Of a DNA stretch of 64,000 nucleotides, positions 13,670 through 26,954 are shown one piece after another. This DNA comes from Eledone cirrhosa. Its lineage: Eukaryota. Every line of letters starts with the position of its first letter. Positions within the stretch are counted from its first letter, which is position 1. The notes under the pieces were generated by a model. The model was not told where the DNA came from. It was given only the letters and a program-made list of their open reading frames with translations, and made no database searches. The position numbers were made by a program, and so were the translations under genes. The DNA lies in NCBI GenBank assembly GCA_964016885.1, contig OZ024740.1:424080001-424144000 (forward strand). The letters run 5' to 3'.

Positions 13670-15322
13670 GGTGGTTGGCAAAATTTGTATGATAAATTCT
13701 TGTCAATGTTTCTCTAGAAATGACTGTACTATTGCAATATTCTTCCATTGTTGAGGGTTCATCAGTGATTGTTGTTCCAGATATTTAATAAGTAATTGTT
13801 TTTGTAGATGATATATAAACACAAGAGAAATCTTCAACACACACATACACACTGACATCTCTTATAGAACACTGAAATAATTATAGTTGTGTTCAACGCC
13901 AGTCCTGATTAGCTATTCCTATAAACAAAAGCATTCCCACTGTGACCATCAAGTCATTATTTTAGGCAAGAGTAGAATGGACTGATGGACCTGTAACTCC
14001 TGAGGGAGCCATAGGGGTGCTGTGTTGACATATGGCATTTCTTGGACATTTTAAAACCTGGCAGAGCCCATTTTCTCTCTAGCAGATTTCTTCCAGAGAA
14101 GAATGGAAGTGAGAAAGAGAGATATAGAAGAAGAATCAACTCCTGTACTTGACTTGTACTTTTTTATATTAAGACTTGTACTTTTTTATATTAACCTCAA
14201 ATTGATGAAAGGCAAAATTGAACTTAGATAGCAGAGAACTGAAATGAATACTGCAAAGCATTCTATCCGATGTTCTAATGATTCTGTCAACTCCCTGCCT
14301 TAGGACTATATAGTCTTAGTACCTAGGGCTATATTATCTAATGTAACCTATTCCATTTAGCCTGTGGATCTTATTTAACTATGGTTATCTTACATCTAAT
14401 TTTCAGAAAGAAGGGAGGAGTACAATTATATTTACTCATTGTTAAATAAATGAGCTAGCTGATATTTTTTAACCAATGGATATTTCAAGGCTAGTTTCCC
14501 ACTAACTGAAAATCAACAAATAAAATGTAAGATGAAAAGGTTTTTAATAGAAGGTGGCTGTACAATGAAAGATAAAGGATTTCCTTGTCCATTCCATCTG
14601 AGATAATGGAGAAGTTTGGTTTTAGATTGATTGGAAAAGACAAAAGTGAAAACCTGAAATTTACAAGAGAGATATTTTTTTTTTATTTTCAAATATCCCA
14701 ATTTTCTTCCAAAATATTCATTTTACATTTTCACATCTAATTGATTAAAAACAAAAATAAAAACCAAAAAAAATAGAACAGTTTGTAGTTAACATCTGGG
14801 AAATATCTAATTATTTTAAGTTTTAGATTAACAGTTGATTTGTTCTACCTTGATTGAGTCAAATTATGGAGATACTTCTTCAGAACTTAGCTGGGTTCTA
14901 TTAGTTGTACTTTACATTGACAATATCAATTCCTTCTAAAGATTATTTCTTTTGCTCTCTCTCTCTCTCTCTCTCTGTCTCACTCTTTCTCCCTCCTCCT
15001 ATATATCTCTCTCTCACTCTTGCTCTCTCTTTCTCTCTTCCCTCCCCCTCTCCACTTCTTTCCCTCTCCTTCCAGCCATCACTCTTGCTCTCTTATAATT
15101 ACTAAGGGCTGACTCCCTGCTGTAAAGGAAGGACATGTTTAATGGGTGTATCTGGCTGGATGTGCAATGTGTTTAGATTGAATCTGGCTTGTTGGCTGTT
15201 TCAATGACATTGGTTAATGTATGGTTTTACCAACAAGGACATTGATTTGTAACTGCAAATGGATTACGTGTGTAATTTCAGATATGTTATTGACAAAATT
15301 GTAGGATAGGCATTTGTACAGG

Positions 15323-15632
15323 TAGACCAGATGGTGTGTAGGTGTATACCTGAGTAGATGAGACAGCACAAATGTAGTTATATCCCTATTGCTAAACCAG
15401 GTGAGCTGTGTGTAGGATTAGGCATAGATCTGAGTAGATGAGGCAACACAAATGTAGTGATATAACTATTGCTAAACCAGGTGGACTGTGTGTGGGTATC
15501 TGAATAGATGAGGCAACACAAATGTAGTGATATAACTATTGCTAAACCAGGTGGACTGTGTGTGGGTATCTGAATAGATGAGGCAACACAAATGTAGTGA
15601 TATAACTATTGCTAAACCAGGTGGACTGTGTG
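15323..15632. repeat. 70-bp tandem repeat, about 4 copies
   Basis: aggcaacacaaatgtagtgatataactattgctaaaccaggtggactgtg recurs at 15441, 15511 and 15581, with more divergent upstream units. Confidence 0.93.
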
Positions 15633-15880
15633 AATATGGGAGAAAGCCTAAAACAAAATAATTGTGTTGATATCTCACTAACTCTCTATATCTTTCTTTA
15701 TCTTTCTTTCATTCTTTTGTAGCTCTCTTCCTCTATGTATCTATCTAGCTACCCCCCCCCCCCTCCCACTTTCACTCTTCTCTTTCTTTCACTCCATTTC
15801 TTCCTCTATCAATCTATCTAGCTATCTCCATCTCTCTCTCTCTCCCTCCCTCTCTCTAATATCAACTAATTGCATTTAAT

Positions 15881-16052
15881 AATTATTTCTACTTTTGGCA
15901 CAAGGCCAGTAATAATACCAGTGTATTACTGGTACTTTATTTTATCGACCCCGTAAGGATGAAAGGCAAAGTTAACCTCGGCGAGATTTGAACTCAGATC
16001 ATAAAGGGCCGTAACTCTTTACTGCAAAGCATGGTGTCTGACCCTCTACCGC
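15881..16052 (-). mobile_element. tRNA-headed SINE family B
   Basis: Reverse complement of gagttcaaatctcgccgaggttaactttgcctttcatccttacggggtcgataaaataaagtaccagtaa (B-box-like GTTCAAAT). Confidence 0.8.
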
Positions 16053-16451
16053 ATTATAGACTCATCATATTTCAATAAATTATACAGTCATGTTTTTTTA
16101 CAGTAAAGTTCTAAATTTGCTTGAGAACATAACAAATAGGAGTTACTTCTTGCCAGAGAGCAGCTATCACATTGTAAGAAGCAGCTATCACATTGTAAGA
16201 AGGCAGTGCAGTACCCACAACTGTTTTCAAGATCTCCCAGACTGAGTTGGAGGGTGTCTTTAAACTAAAGATCTACCAGACTGGTTGGAGGCTGGAGGGT
16301 GTCTTTAAACTAAAGACCTGGAATGTATACTTGCAATAGACTCTGCTAAAGACAGCCAAGTGCCAGGCAAGGTAGAGGTTTTAAATAAACTGAGTGATGA
16401 CATAAGTCTCTACCTACCACCAAAAATATCTTGACAATAAGGTGTTTTGTT

Positions 16452-16670
16452 TGGTGGATTAGCAGTATCAGTAGAGCGTCAGACAAAATGCTTTTTAACA
16501 TAGAGTTACGGCCCTTTACATTCTTAGTTCAAATCCCACCGAGGTTCATTTTGCTTTTCATCCTTACAGGGTTGATAAAATAAAGTACCAGTAATGCACT
16601 GGGGTCAATTTAATTTATTTTCCCCTCTGCTAAAATTGTTGGTCTTGTGCTTAAATCATAAACCATTGTA
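16452..16670 (+). mobile_element. tRNA-headed SINE family B
   Basis: ggtggattagcagtatcagtagagcg head, gttcaaatccc, ttttcatccttacagggttgataaaataaagtaccag. Confidence 0.8.
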
Positions 16671-17531
16671 ATTTTAATTTTCTGCTATTCATGTCAGATA
16701 CAGATGATTATGTTCATTTGAAACAGGGGGAAAATTAACTAAGTACAATACACACAGTAGATTATAGAGTTTGCAAAAATTACATATATTACAAATAGGT
16801 TTGAAGAGATATGTGTTTTATAAAGTGATTTTATGTGTGTAATCAATCATCTGATATTAATGTAATTTGCTTTTAGTTTATTTTTTAGTTTTTACTATTA
16901 TCACTTTTATTATCAATTATTAGCTTGCACCTGCTTAATGGCACTTCAAATACTATCAAATATTTCAAAAGCTCGGCTGCTATTTTCTAATTTCGCTAAA
17001 TATTAAAGAATTGCAGTCTTTTAGACTTTTGAAATTATTCTTCAAATAAACAATAACAAAGCTAACTGCTGTTTGACAATTTGATTTATCTTTTGAAAAA
17101 CAAAACACAAACATACATAAAAAACAAGAGAATAAAAGTAAATTAATGGTACCACACGGTATTGTCTTCATTCAGGCATCGTTTATAATCCAGTTTACAC
17201 ATGACTGGATTAAAAACTCTCTTTTTGATTACCAATTCTATTTTGCTAACAGTCTTAAGAGCATTTGTTCTAAACTTAAGTTGCATTAGCAAATTTTCTA
17301 TTGGATTAAAAAAAAAAAAAAACTACTTCTATCTGGTAATCATTTAAGTGCTCACTTCATGTCTACGACAATCAAGAGGATAACATGGCTAAAATAATTG
17401 CATGAGAGGAGGAAGTGTTTGGGTGGCAGGCGGCAGTGCAGTGGGGTGAGGAGAAAATGAACAATTTGTGAAACTGTTTTATATTCTATCTTTTAGAAAG
17501 GCCTTTTAGTGACACATTCTGTTGATGGAAG

Positions 17532-17589
<58 letters not shown>

Positions 17590-17644
17590 TACTCATATAC
17601 ACAAGCAAGTGTATATGTATTTCTATGTGTGTGTGTATATATAT

Positions 17645-17721
17645 AGTGGTAAGAAACTCTCGGAACTGGACAGCAGGTCTTCAGAGAAGAACCCCCCTCC
17701 TCAAGCGGGTGTTTCAGCCTT
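17645..17721 (-). mobile_element. 3' end of RTE-like LINE family 2
   Basis: agtggtaagaaactctc...ctcaagcgggtgtttcagcc is also found at 39095 (attached to ORF2 remnant) and 55115. Confidence 0.7.
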
Positions 17722-17864
17722 TATGTGTATATATATATATGACTGTGGTTAACCCTTTTGATACTAATCCAGCCAAAACCAGTTCTTGTTCTATGAAACA
17801 AAGCCTCACGTTTTAACGAGCTCCTGTTTCAATTAAAATGTCCCAATATATGTTACATTACTAA

Positions 17865-18050
17865 CCTGTCCACGTGTCCTGTCCACTTCCATTTTACTTT
17901 GCTCAGGATTTTTAGGATGTCACAAACTTTTGTCTTTTTCGAGGGTCCATTCGGCAGTCTTTCGATCTCGTCATGTGATGTTGAACATGATCCTTTCGTG
18001 GACTCTTTGTTAAGTAGCAATGTCATTTTTGTTAGAAGACAGTTGCTGAC
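17865..18050 (-). pseudogene. RTE-like ORF2 C-terminal fragment
   Basis: Minus-strand translation ERIMFNIT*RDRKTAEW..KTKVCDILKILSKVKWKWTGHVDR fits the RTE W.GHV.R region. Confidence 0.7.
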
Positions 18051-18654
18051 CAGCTCTTGGCTCTAAACACTCATCCTCTAACCTTTCCATGCTACATCTA
18101 TCATCATCATTTTACATGTTTTCAATGCTGGCATAAATTAGCATACTATCTGTGACAGGGTGCCCTGCACCAACCACTCCATGCATTTTATCATAGCACC
18201 AGAACTGGAGAGGTTGTCATGTCCTCAACAAAACTAAAGTGTCCAGTTTACTCTACATTACTCTACATTGCCTCCGATCATTAACCACCTTAGAATATAC
18301 AGAGTGTGATCAGTGTCATCATAGGAGAGGTTTTTGTCTGCTGCAAGGTTAAAGAGGCATCTCCATTCCATGCAATTTCTGTTCTTCCTCTTTGGCCAAG
18401 ATAACAATGTCTCTCTAGCTAGATTTGTTTCATGTCAACACATGGAGTTCTGTTGTGTGTGTGTGTGTGGAGTATTTTTATGTCTTAGACAGGGGAAGAA
18501 GAGAAAGAGAGTGCCAACATTCAAGGAATAGTTTTTTGTATGCTATGAGCTTTATTCTAATATCTTATGGTTTACGTATAAGAAAAACAACTGATATGCT
18601 AAAAGTTACATGAAAGAAAAAAAGAAGTCAGGAAAAGATATAAAGTTAACCAAC

Positions 18655-19000
18655 TGTAGTGAAAACAATTCTATATTTTGGATGCCTGTGGATAACAGAA
18701 CTAAATCAATGAATGAAATGAAACCCAGAGTTATGAATGGCATTTGGTAAAAGATATAGGGTTTCAAGAAGTCACAGAGAATGATGTTGTTGAGTTGCTA
18801 AGGAGCAAGTTGCTTGGCAAGTAGAAAGGATATAGAAGCCCTATTCTCTCCACTTAAGTTGACTACAAAGAATATTGTTAAAGTCCTTGACAATTATAGA
18901 GGAAGGTCTCCAGATTTTTGCTGTTAACAATCCTAATCATGAACGAAACATAAAAAGTAAAAATAGAAGCTCATAATTAAGTTCTAATACAAAGTTCTTA
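18655..19000 (+). pseudogene. Degenerate Tigger/pogo-like transposase C-terminal remnant
   Basis: Broken frames give KQFYILDA, NEMKPRVMNGIW*K, GFQEVTENDVVELL and IFAVNNPNHERNIK, resembling Tigger motifs. Confidence 0.5.
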
Positions 19001-20912
19001 TATGAAAAATGGTGAGCTATAAATATTGAAACATTCTTAGATAAGTTCTTCACCCTTTAAGCGGGTGTTGATGATGATAATGAAATATAGGATAAAATAC
19101 ATTGTTTCTCCTCCTAACCCTCTCAGTAAATCCCACCACAACACCTCCCCACTCACCCAGCAGTCAACATCTTTTGTGTTATGAATGTATGTACCCTCTT
19201 ACAATTTTCATAAATTCCTTGAATGTAGTTCCCTTCATTTTTTTTTTCGTGTGTACATACACCACTGTGAGTGTGTGGGTGCGGCTGTGCTCTTAAACAT
19301 TATTTTCATACATAAAAGTGATTGTATTGGTTTTTCTTTCGTTCTTGTTTTCTGAGAGTGGGATCAAAAGAATTTTGTTGGAAGTGATCTCACTTTATAA
19401 CATGAAAATCAATGGGGAAAATGTTTCATGTTACGGAATTCCTGTGTTATGGCAAGATTTTTCAGGAACACAAACCCTTATGTAACTTCGTAGATATTTG
19501 TGGTGTATTTATATATATATATATGTATGTGTAGAGATGATATCAAATTTGGAGCAATATGTTATTACAATTTCTCTCTCCTGAAGTGGATTTGTCACGG
19601 ATGGTTATGATATGCTCCAGCTTGGTGTTTTATATCTTGTGGAATGATTACCTCTGAGCTGAGTTTAAAAACCTATCAATTGTTGTTCTACTTAATTTGA
19701 AATCACATATACTTTTAATTTATAGTATTCTGATGGTTGTTAATTGGCCTTGATTAATTATTTTCAAAGGGTTTTTTTAACCATGATCATACTGTCTTTT
19801 TTTGTTGTTGTCTACAATTACCCAATGTTTTTTTTTTTGTTTTTTTTCCTGTCAGCTGGAACACATAAAGGAGTAAAAGAGTAATAGTTTGTGGAAGATT
19901 TGACTGGTATTTCTTGTAGGTTTGTTCGGGGGTCCCTCAGTTCCAAAGACAATGACATCCCTTCATGTTGATATCCTTTCTAGTAGGTTTAGTAACAATC
20001 TAAAATCTCCAACATTGGTTCTGTAGAATAAATAGTTACCTTCAATGTTGGGTTGATGTTACTGAAAATCTGTTACTTATCCAAATTTATAAAATATCCT
20101 TATTACTAAACCTATAATAAAATTTGATAACATAGAAGATGATCAAATTGGATAATGTATTCATCTATGGTATGAGCATGTATCAAATTGTTTGCAAGTG
20201 TTTTTGTTATAACTCCAGCAAGATACTTTAATATTATATGCCTCAGTTCACAGCTTGTTGAGATTATCATTGAGTATCTTGCTGTTATTGTTGTTATTGT
20301 TGCTATTGTTGCTGTTTTGTGCTTTTCTAAAAAAAAAAAAAAACTTCCCCTGTATAATCCTCATACAGCTTCAAATAACTTGTTTTTCTTTCTTAGTAGT
20401 TGATTGTATTTTTGGTGGAGTTTTGTCTTTGTTTCTGTACCATTGAGACCTGTTGTGTCTTGCATAAGCCATTGCTAAGCAGCAAATGGATTTAATTATC
20501 AAATTAACCTGTCAAATAGAGACTCCATGCTTTTCTGGCAGCACTGTGTAAAGAAATTCTTTGTATAACATACGAAACAAGTTAACTGTGCAATGTGATA
20601 TACATACACTAATGCTTAACACATAGACACACATACACAGATACACACATATATATAGAGAGTGGCAAGAGAGAGAGGTATGTGTGTATATAGTCTATCT
20701 ATACAGCTTGAATTTGCCCTAGACCTTGTGAGTGAAATTGGGTAGGTGGAAAATGTATGGAAATTTGTTGAATGTCCTCAACTTGTATTTATTTGGTAAA
20801 CTTAATCTGTTGCTATGTTAAACACCAGCACCACCTGACCCATCAGTCTATTCTGCCACAAATATTCCCACCATGTCCTATATTTTCCCTTCCTTTTCCT
20901 AACTTGTCTTAA

Positions 20913-21131
20913 CCCTTTAGCATTTACATTACTCTATATATACTATTGTATTTTCACAGTAAAGGCTTTACCTCATATAATTATCTCACATAATATCGAA
21001 TTTATGAGATCTTGATATGATTTATTTTGAGAACAATACCTTAACATCAGTATGAGTGGCTGGTTACTGCTGGTTTGAACTGAAAGAGGAGAGAATATTG
21101 GCTGGATACGCCCAATTCAAATGCTAATGGG
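20913..21131. mobile_element. TTAA-flanked MITE (piggyBac/Kolobok-like target site)
   Basis: TTAA-ccctttagcattt ... aaatgctaatggg-TTAA. Relatives at 35923-36015 (truncated) and 49211-49429. Confidence 0.8.
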
Positions 21132-21419
21132 TTAAGTTTAGAGTTAGGGTTAGGACTGCCCTTTCTGCTTTGTCTTAGCCATAAACATTCTTTTTTCTTC
21201 ACCCTTTAACCAGACAATTAAATTCTTAACTGTACTTGTTTTCAGTAGAAATGGTTAAAATATGAGCTGAAGATTATAAGTTGAAAGGGAATTTCGATAT
21301 CAGTCAGTTTCTAAGCTGTATTATTTGTGATGTATTTGCTATTCTCAGATCCATATCTTTCTTAATTCTCTATGCAATAAGAGCAATTCAGAAAGGTATA
21401 TTTAAATATAGATTATCAG

Positions 21420-21857
21420 CATAACATCATATCACATTGCATCACATCACACACCACATCAACATCAATATCACACCACACCACATCAACATCAACATCA
21501 CACCACACCACATCACATCACATCACATCACATCACATCACATCACGTCACATCACGTCACGTCACGTCACGTCACGTCACGTCACGTCACGTCACGTCA
21601 CGTCACGTCACGTCACGTCACGTCACGTCACGTCACGTCACGTCACGTCACATCACATCACATCACATCACATCACATCACATCACATCACATCACATCA
21701 ACATCAACATCAACATCAACATCAACATCAACATCAACATCAACATCAACATCAACATCAACATCAACATCAACATCAACATCAACATCAACATCAACAT
21801 CAACATCAACATCAACATCCACATCAACATCAACATCAACATATCACATCACATCAC
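21420..21857. repeat. Compound (CACAT)n-(CACGT)n-(CACAT)n-(CAACAT)n microsatellite
   Basis: Direct. Explains ORF 21437..21916. Confidence 0.95.
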
Positions 21858-23146
21858 AAAACTTTCAAGCTCAGTATACAGAATTGTTGTTGAGGTGGCA
21901 GTGGACAAAACTCTGAATTTTAATTGAATATCTTATACTACACTCTCCACTCGCACACACATGTTTGTCAATTTGAGTCATGTTTTCTTTACTTTTAATT
22001 CATTTCATCATTTCATTACTTTTATTATTGTAGTAGTAGTAGTAGTAGTAGTAGTAAAGATATTAATTTTATGAAAGGGGGAAAAATACACAGATAGACA
22101 CACACACCCCAATAGTTTTGAAACTTTTATGATATGGCTTTACTGTCTTATATCTGGATATCAAGGGGTTTTCTATTGATTTCTCTTCTTTTTTATATAT
22201 TTTAATTTTGGTGGGATTTTTTGGGGAATTTCAGATTCACTTTTTTTCTATTATCTCTTTATTAATATCTTTTTTGGTTTGTATTTCTAAGTCAACTAGT
22301 AAAGAGGCAATGTCTTGAAAAACAGGAAACTTTGATCTTTATATAGATATATATTTTAAAGACTCCTCCCCCTCCTTCCTGTTCTATATCAAGAACTGAA
22401 GAGAACTAGTTTCTCTCTTTTTTTCTTCTATTGGATTTGTCTTTTTTTTATTCTTTATATATTAAAAAAATTATCTCCCTTTGCTTCTTGATCTTTTTTT
22501 TATTTTGGATGAACATAACTTCCTGATTTAGTTGAGATAATGTGTGTATCTATGTATGTGTGTGTGTGTGTGTTTATCTATGTATCTTTATCTGTGGGTG
22601 TTGTTTCTGTATCTGCATGTGTGTGTCAAAGTGTTTCTATAACTTTGTATCTGCATGTGTGTGTGTGAATGTATTTGTATAACTGTGTATGTGTGTGTGT
22701 GTGTGTGTATGTATCTATGTGTGTGTGAGTTTATATAACTCTGTGTGTGTGAGTTTATATAACTCTGTGTGTGTGAGTTTATATAACTCTGTGTGTGTGT
22801 TGACTCTAACATTCCATCACACAAGTGATCTGAGATTCAAATAATATATTTATCTTCCAACCTTCGAAAAGGTTACAAGTAAACTTTATTGTAATATACC
22901 TTCAGTTTATATGATGCAAAGTTGTTCCCGGCACCACCAGCTGCACTTACACACCCACCTTTCTTGACGTGTGTGCATGTAGTATTTGTTGTGGGTAAGG
23001 TTTCCTGTTCCTTTTTTACTGTTCTTTGTTGTGAAATATGCTATTCTAACTTCTGTAAGTTGTTTAAACACAGGTCAGCTCACCTCATGCTGGCCTTTAT
23101 AAGCACACACCCACTACACAGGTATACATACTTGTATTTGTATATA

Positions 23147-23337
23147 CCATATAGACTCGAATATAGGCTGCTCCCAATTTTATGTCTGAGAAATGGGCAA
23201 AAATCCCAACCCCGTAAGTTGGTGCAGGACAGCTTATTAACACATTGTTTAGATGGCATATATAAGCCAACCAACCCTCGTATTTTACCATTGATTTTTA
23301 GTCACATATTCCTCAGCTTATATTCATGTATATATGG
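23147..23337. mobile_element. Tc2/pogo-like MITE
   Basis: TA-ccatatagactcgaatataggc ... gcttatattcatgtatatatgg-TA inverted termini. Partial copy near 26461-26525 shares ttttatgtctgagaaat.ggcaaaaatc. Confidence 0.7.
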
Positions 23338-23867
23338 TAACTTCCCTGTAAATAGGTTGTATATGAATGTACATGTATTTACAAATGGGTTTTTATATAT
23401 TTACACACACACGTCATAAATATGCATGTGTACATTACATCTAACAGCAAAAACTCAGCCATCGGGCCCTGTCTCTACTTATACTCTACTCTCTTTGATA
23501 TCGAGTACTCTGCTGAAATATGGTTTTACCAATTGAAACCAGTGTATATAGTACTGTAGTGATGGTGAATAGTATAATGTATGTATTTAGATATATAGAA
23601 AGATGATGTGTATAATAATGTAGTGTGTTGGTAAATAATATATAATGTGTGTGTGTTTGTTTGTGTAGGTATATAAAGAGATGATGTATATAGTACTGTA
23701 GTGTTGATGAATAATATAATGTGTGTGTGGAGATATATATATCATATATAAAATGCCATTCTGTATTTCCGTATATACATTTCACACACACACCAACTCA
23801 TGCCAGCGTGGAAAATGACATAAAATGATGAAAATGACACTACATGCATCTTTGTACCAATATATAT

Positions 23868-24692
23868 ATAACGGGATGGAAGAAGTTCAGGGAGCTACTG
23901 CCACTGCTAGCTGCAAAAGGCTTTTCCCTCAAAATGAAAGGCAGACTGTATGGTGCGTGTATACGAACAGCAATGTTACATGGAAGTGAGACCTGGACAC
24001 TGTCTGTGGAAGACTTGCGTAGATTAGAAAGAAACGAAGCCTGCATGCTCCGATGGATGTGTAATTGTAATATACGCGAACGGCAAAGTATAAACGAACT
24101 GAGAGAGAGACTGAGCATAAGAGGAATCAAATGCTGTGTGCAGGAGAGGCGGTTGCGTTGGTATGGACATGTAATGCGTATGAAGGATGACAACTGCATA
24201 AAAAGGTGCAGAGCACTAGAAGTCAATGGAAACTGCGGAGTGGAGAGACCCAAGAAGACATGGGATGAGGTGATAAAAGCCGACCTTACTCAATTGCACC
24301 TCTCAAAAGGCGATGACACACGACCGTGACCTCTGGCGTCATGCAGTAATACAGAAGACCCGACCCCCCATGGGTACAAGCCGAAGCTGAAGCATATAGA
24401 CAATATGCCCCCACACGCTCCTACTGCAAAGTGGTTGTGGAGGTGCCACGGCAAAAAAGCACCCAGCCCACACTATAAAGTGGACGTGTAGGCGCCACGG
24501 AAAAAAAGCACCCAGCACTCACTGTAAATGAGGTTGGTGTTAGGAAGAGCATCCAGCTGTAGAAATCAACCCAGAATCAGTTCCCGTATGAGCAAGATAA
24601 GGTCAGCCGACCGGACACTGCCTACAACAGGACAACCCGTCTAACCCATGCTAGCGTGGAAAAACAGGCATAAAACAGTGATGATGATGATG
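23868..24692 (+). mobile_element. 5'-truncated RTE LINE (ORF2 C-terminus, 3' UTR, (GAT)n tail)
   Basis: GWKKFRELLPLL...LHGSETW...RRLRWYGHVMR...RPKKTWDE; tail gtgatgatgatg. Confidence 0.93.
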
Positions 24693-24697
24693 TTATA

Positions 24698-25593
24698 TCA
24701 TCATCATCATCAACGTTTAATGTCCGTGTTCCACGCTTGCATGGGTTTGGACGGGGGTAGTCCCACTTGAGGCAAGAGTGATTGTCTTGCTCGCATAGGA
24801 CTGTCTGGCAGGTTTTCTACAGTTGGATGCCCTTCCTAACACCAACCACATTTACAGTGTGGGTCTGGGAGGTTTTTACCGTGTTGCCTACACGGCCACA
24901 TTACAGCGTGGACTGTGTGTTTTTTTGTCGTGACACCTACACGATCTCATTTGTTTCGGCCTGGATGGCGCGGCACCAACATAACTTTACATAGAACGGG
25001 GTGATGTGGATGGGGTGGGGGTGGTGGTGGTGGGACGGGGTGTATTTTGTTAGAGATGCCTACTGGCTGGAGTAGGTTTTACTATATATTTAGGTAAGGC
25101 GGGTCTTCTCTGTTACTGAGTACCGCCAAAGGTCTCGGTCCAGTGACATTGTCTTGGAGAGGTGTAAGTGTGTGAGGTCGGAGTTTATCAGCTCGTCCCA
25201 GGTTTTTCTAGGTCTGCCTATTCCGTGGCTACCGTCTATCTTTATTGCCCTGCACTTTGTTATACAGCTATCGACTTTCATGAGCATCACGTGTCCATAC
25301 CAACGTAGCCTTCTCTCGAGTAAACAACATCTGATCCCTCTTATCTCTAATTTTTTCCTTAGTTCGTTTATGCTTTGCCGTTCACGTATATTACTGTTAC
25401 ACATCCAGCGGAGCATGCAAGCTTCGTTCTTCTCTAGTCTGCGTATATCCTCTGCACACAATGCCCAGATCTCACTGCCATGCAACATTGCTGTTCGTAT
25501 GCAGGCATCGTACAACCTGCCTTTCATTTTTAGGGAGAACCCTTTAGCAGCTAATAGTGGTATAAGCTCTCTGAACTTTTTCCAACCAGTTAT
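24698..25593 (-). mobile_element. 5'-truncated RTE LINE, related subfamily, tail-to-tail with the previous copy
   Basis: ORF 25090..25641 contains GWKKFREL...WYGHVM...GRPRKTWDE...DRDLWR; (CAT)n tail on the plus strand at 24698. Confidence 0.93.
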
Positions 25594-25703
25594 ATATATA
25601 AATATATATTTCAGCGAGATTGTATTTCGGTGGGGGCCCAAAACAAAACCATATATATATATATATATATGTGTGCGTGTGTATGTGTATATATATATAT
25701 ATA

Positions 25704-25726
25704 TTAGTCTTCACATTTATTATTAT

Positions 25727-25772
<46 letters not shown>

Positions 25773-25795
25773 ATAATAATAAATGTGAAGACTAA
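25704..25795. repeat. Perfect inverted duplication centred on (TA)n
   Basis: ttagtcttcacatttattattattact-(TA)n-agtaataataataaatgtgaagactaa. Confidence 0.93.
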
Positions 25796-26150
25796 AATCC
25801 GAAGAGGGCTCGATAGGAGTAACATATATAAAAATATATAAACACCATAGAGCAAATATTTATTAAAATAACATCAAAGAATCGTTGCTTTCACCCTTAA
25901 CAGGATCTTCTGAAACTAAAAAAATCAATCTGTGGACGCAGAACTAAATATTTCGAAAAACGATATATATATATATACACACACATATATGTATATGTAT
26001 GTATGTATGTGTGTGTGTTCGTGTATATATGTGTGTGTGTATATCATCATCATCATCATCATGGTTTAACGTCTATCTTCCACGCTAACATGTATATATG
26101 TATATGTGTATATATATCATCATTGTTTAATGTCTATCTTCCACGCTAGC

Positions 26151-26186
<36 letters not shown>

Positions 26187-26954
26187 TATGTATATAACCA
26201 TACACACTCATACGTGCACATCTAGTGATATGATTTCCATCGATGCTGGTATTTTTAAGATCTCCTTATTTTCTACTAATCTTGCAAAAAAAAAAAATAG
26301 AGAACATTTCAAAGAAGAATTATGGAATGAGGAGGGGTCTGGATTATTGTCGGGTTCCCTATACACCAACTACACATGTTTACCCTCAAAAAATTTAAAT
26401 TACTTCCTATTTATTATTATTATTATCACTGTAGTTATCACTGCCTGTTCTAACAATGTACCTTATATACTTAATATAAGTCAACCCTGCTATTTTATGT
26501 CTGAGAAATAGGCAAAAATCTAAACCTTATTTTCGTGGAATTTGAAGTGGTGAAATCATCAAAATATTGACCTCAAATATAAGCAAGGCCCCACCACAAC
26601 CATTGATTCTTTTTTTTTTTTTTTTTTGGTCACATTTTCCTTGCCTTACATTTGAATATACATAGTATGTCAAAGGTAAAAAAAAAAGAGAGAGACAAAC
26701 AAACATACAGGGAAAGAGAAGGGGGGGGGGTCTCACACAGACACACACAATGGTCTTTGTTGCTAGTTTCATCCCGTTGGCAGTTGCCATGTTGGACCAC
26801 CACCACTATCTACATTTTTTTTTAACTTTCCAATTAAATTTTCTATTATATACTTTTCTTTATTCTTGACTCACATTCTTTGTTGATGATTTCCTTTAAG
26901 AAAATCTCATTTAAAATGTTAATTGTAAGAATATATTGTTATTGGTTTTTCAAG

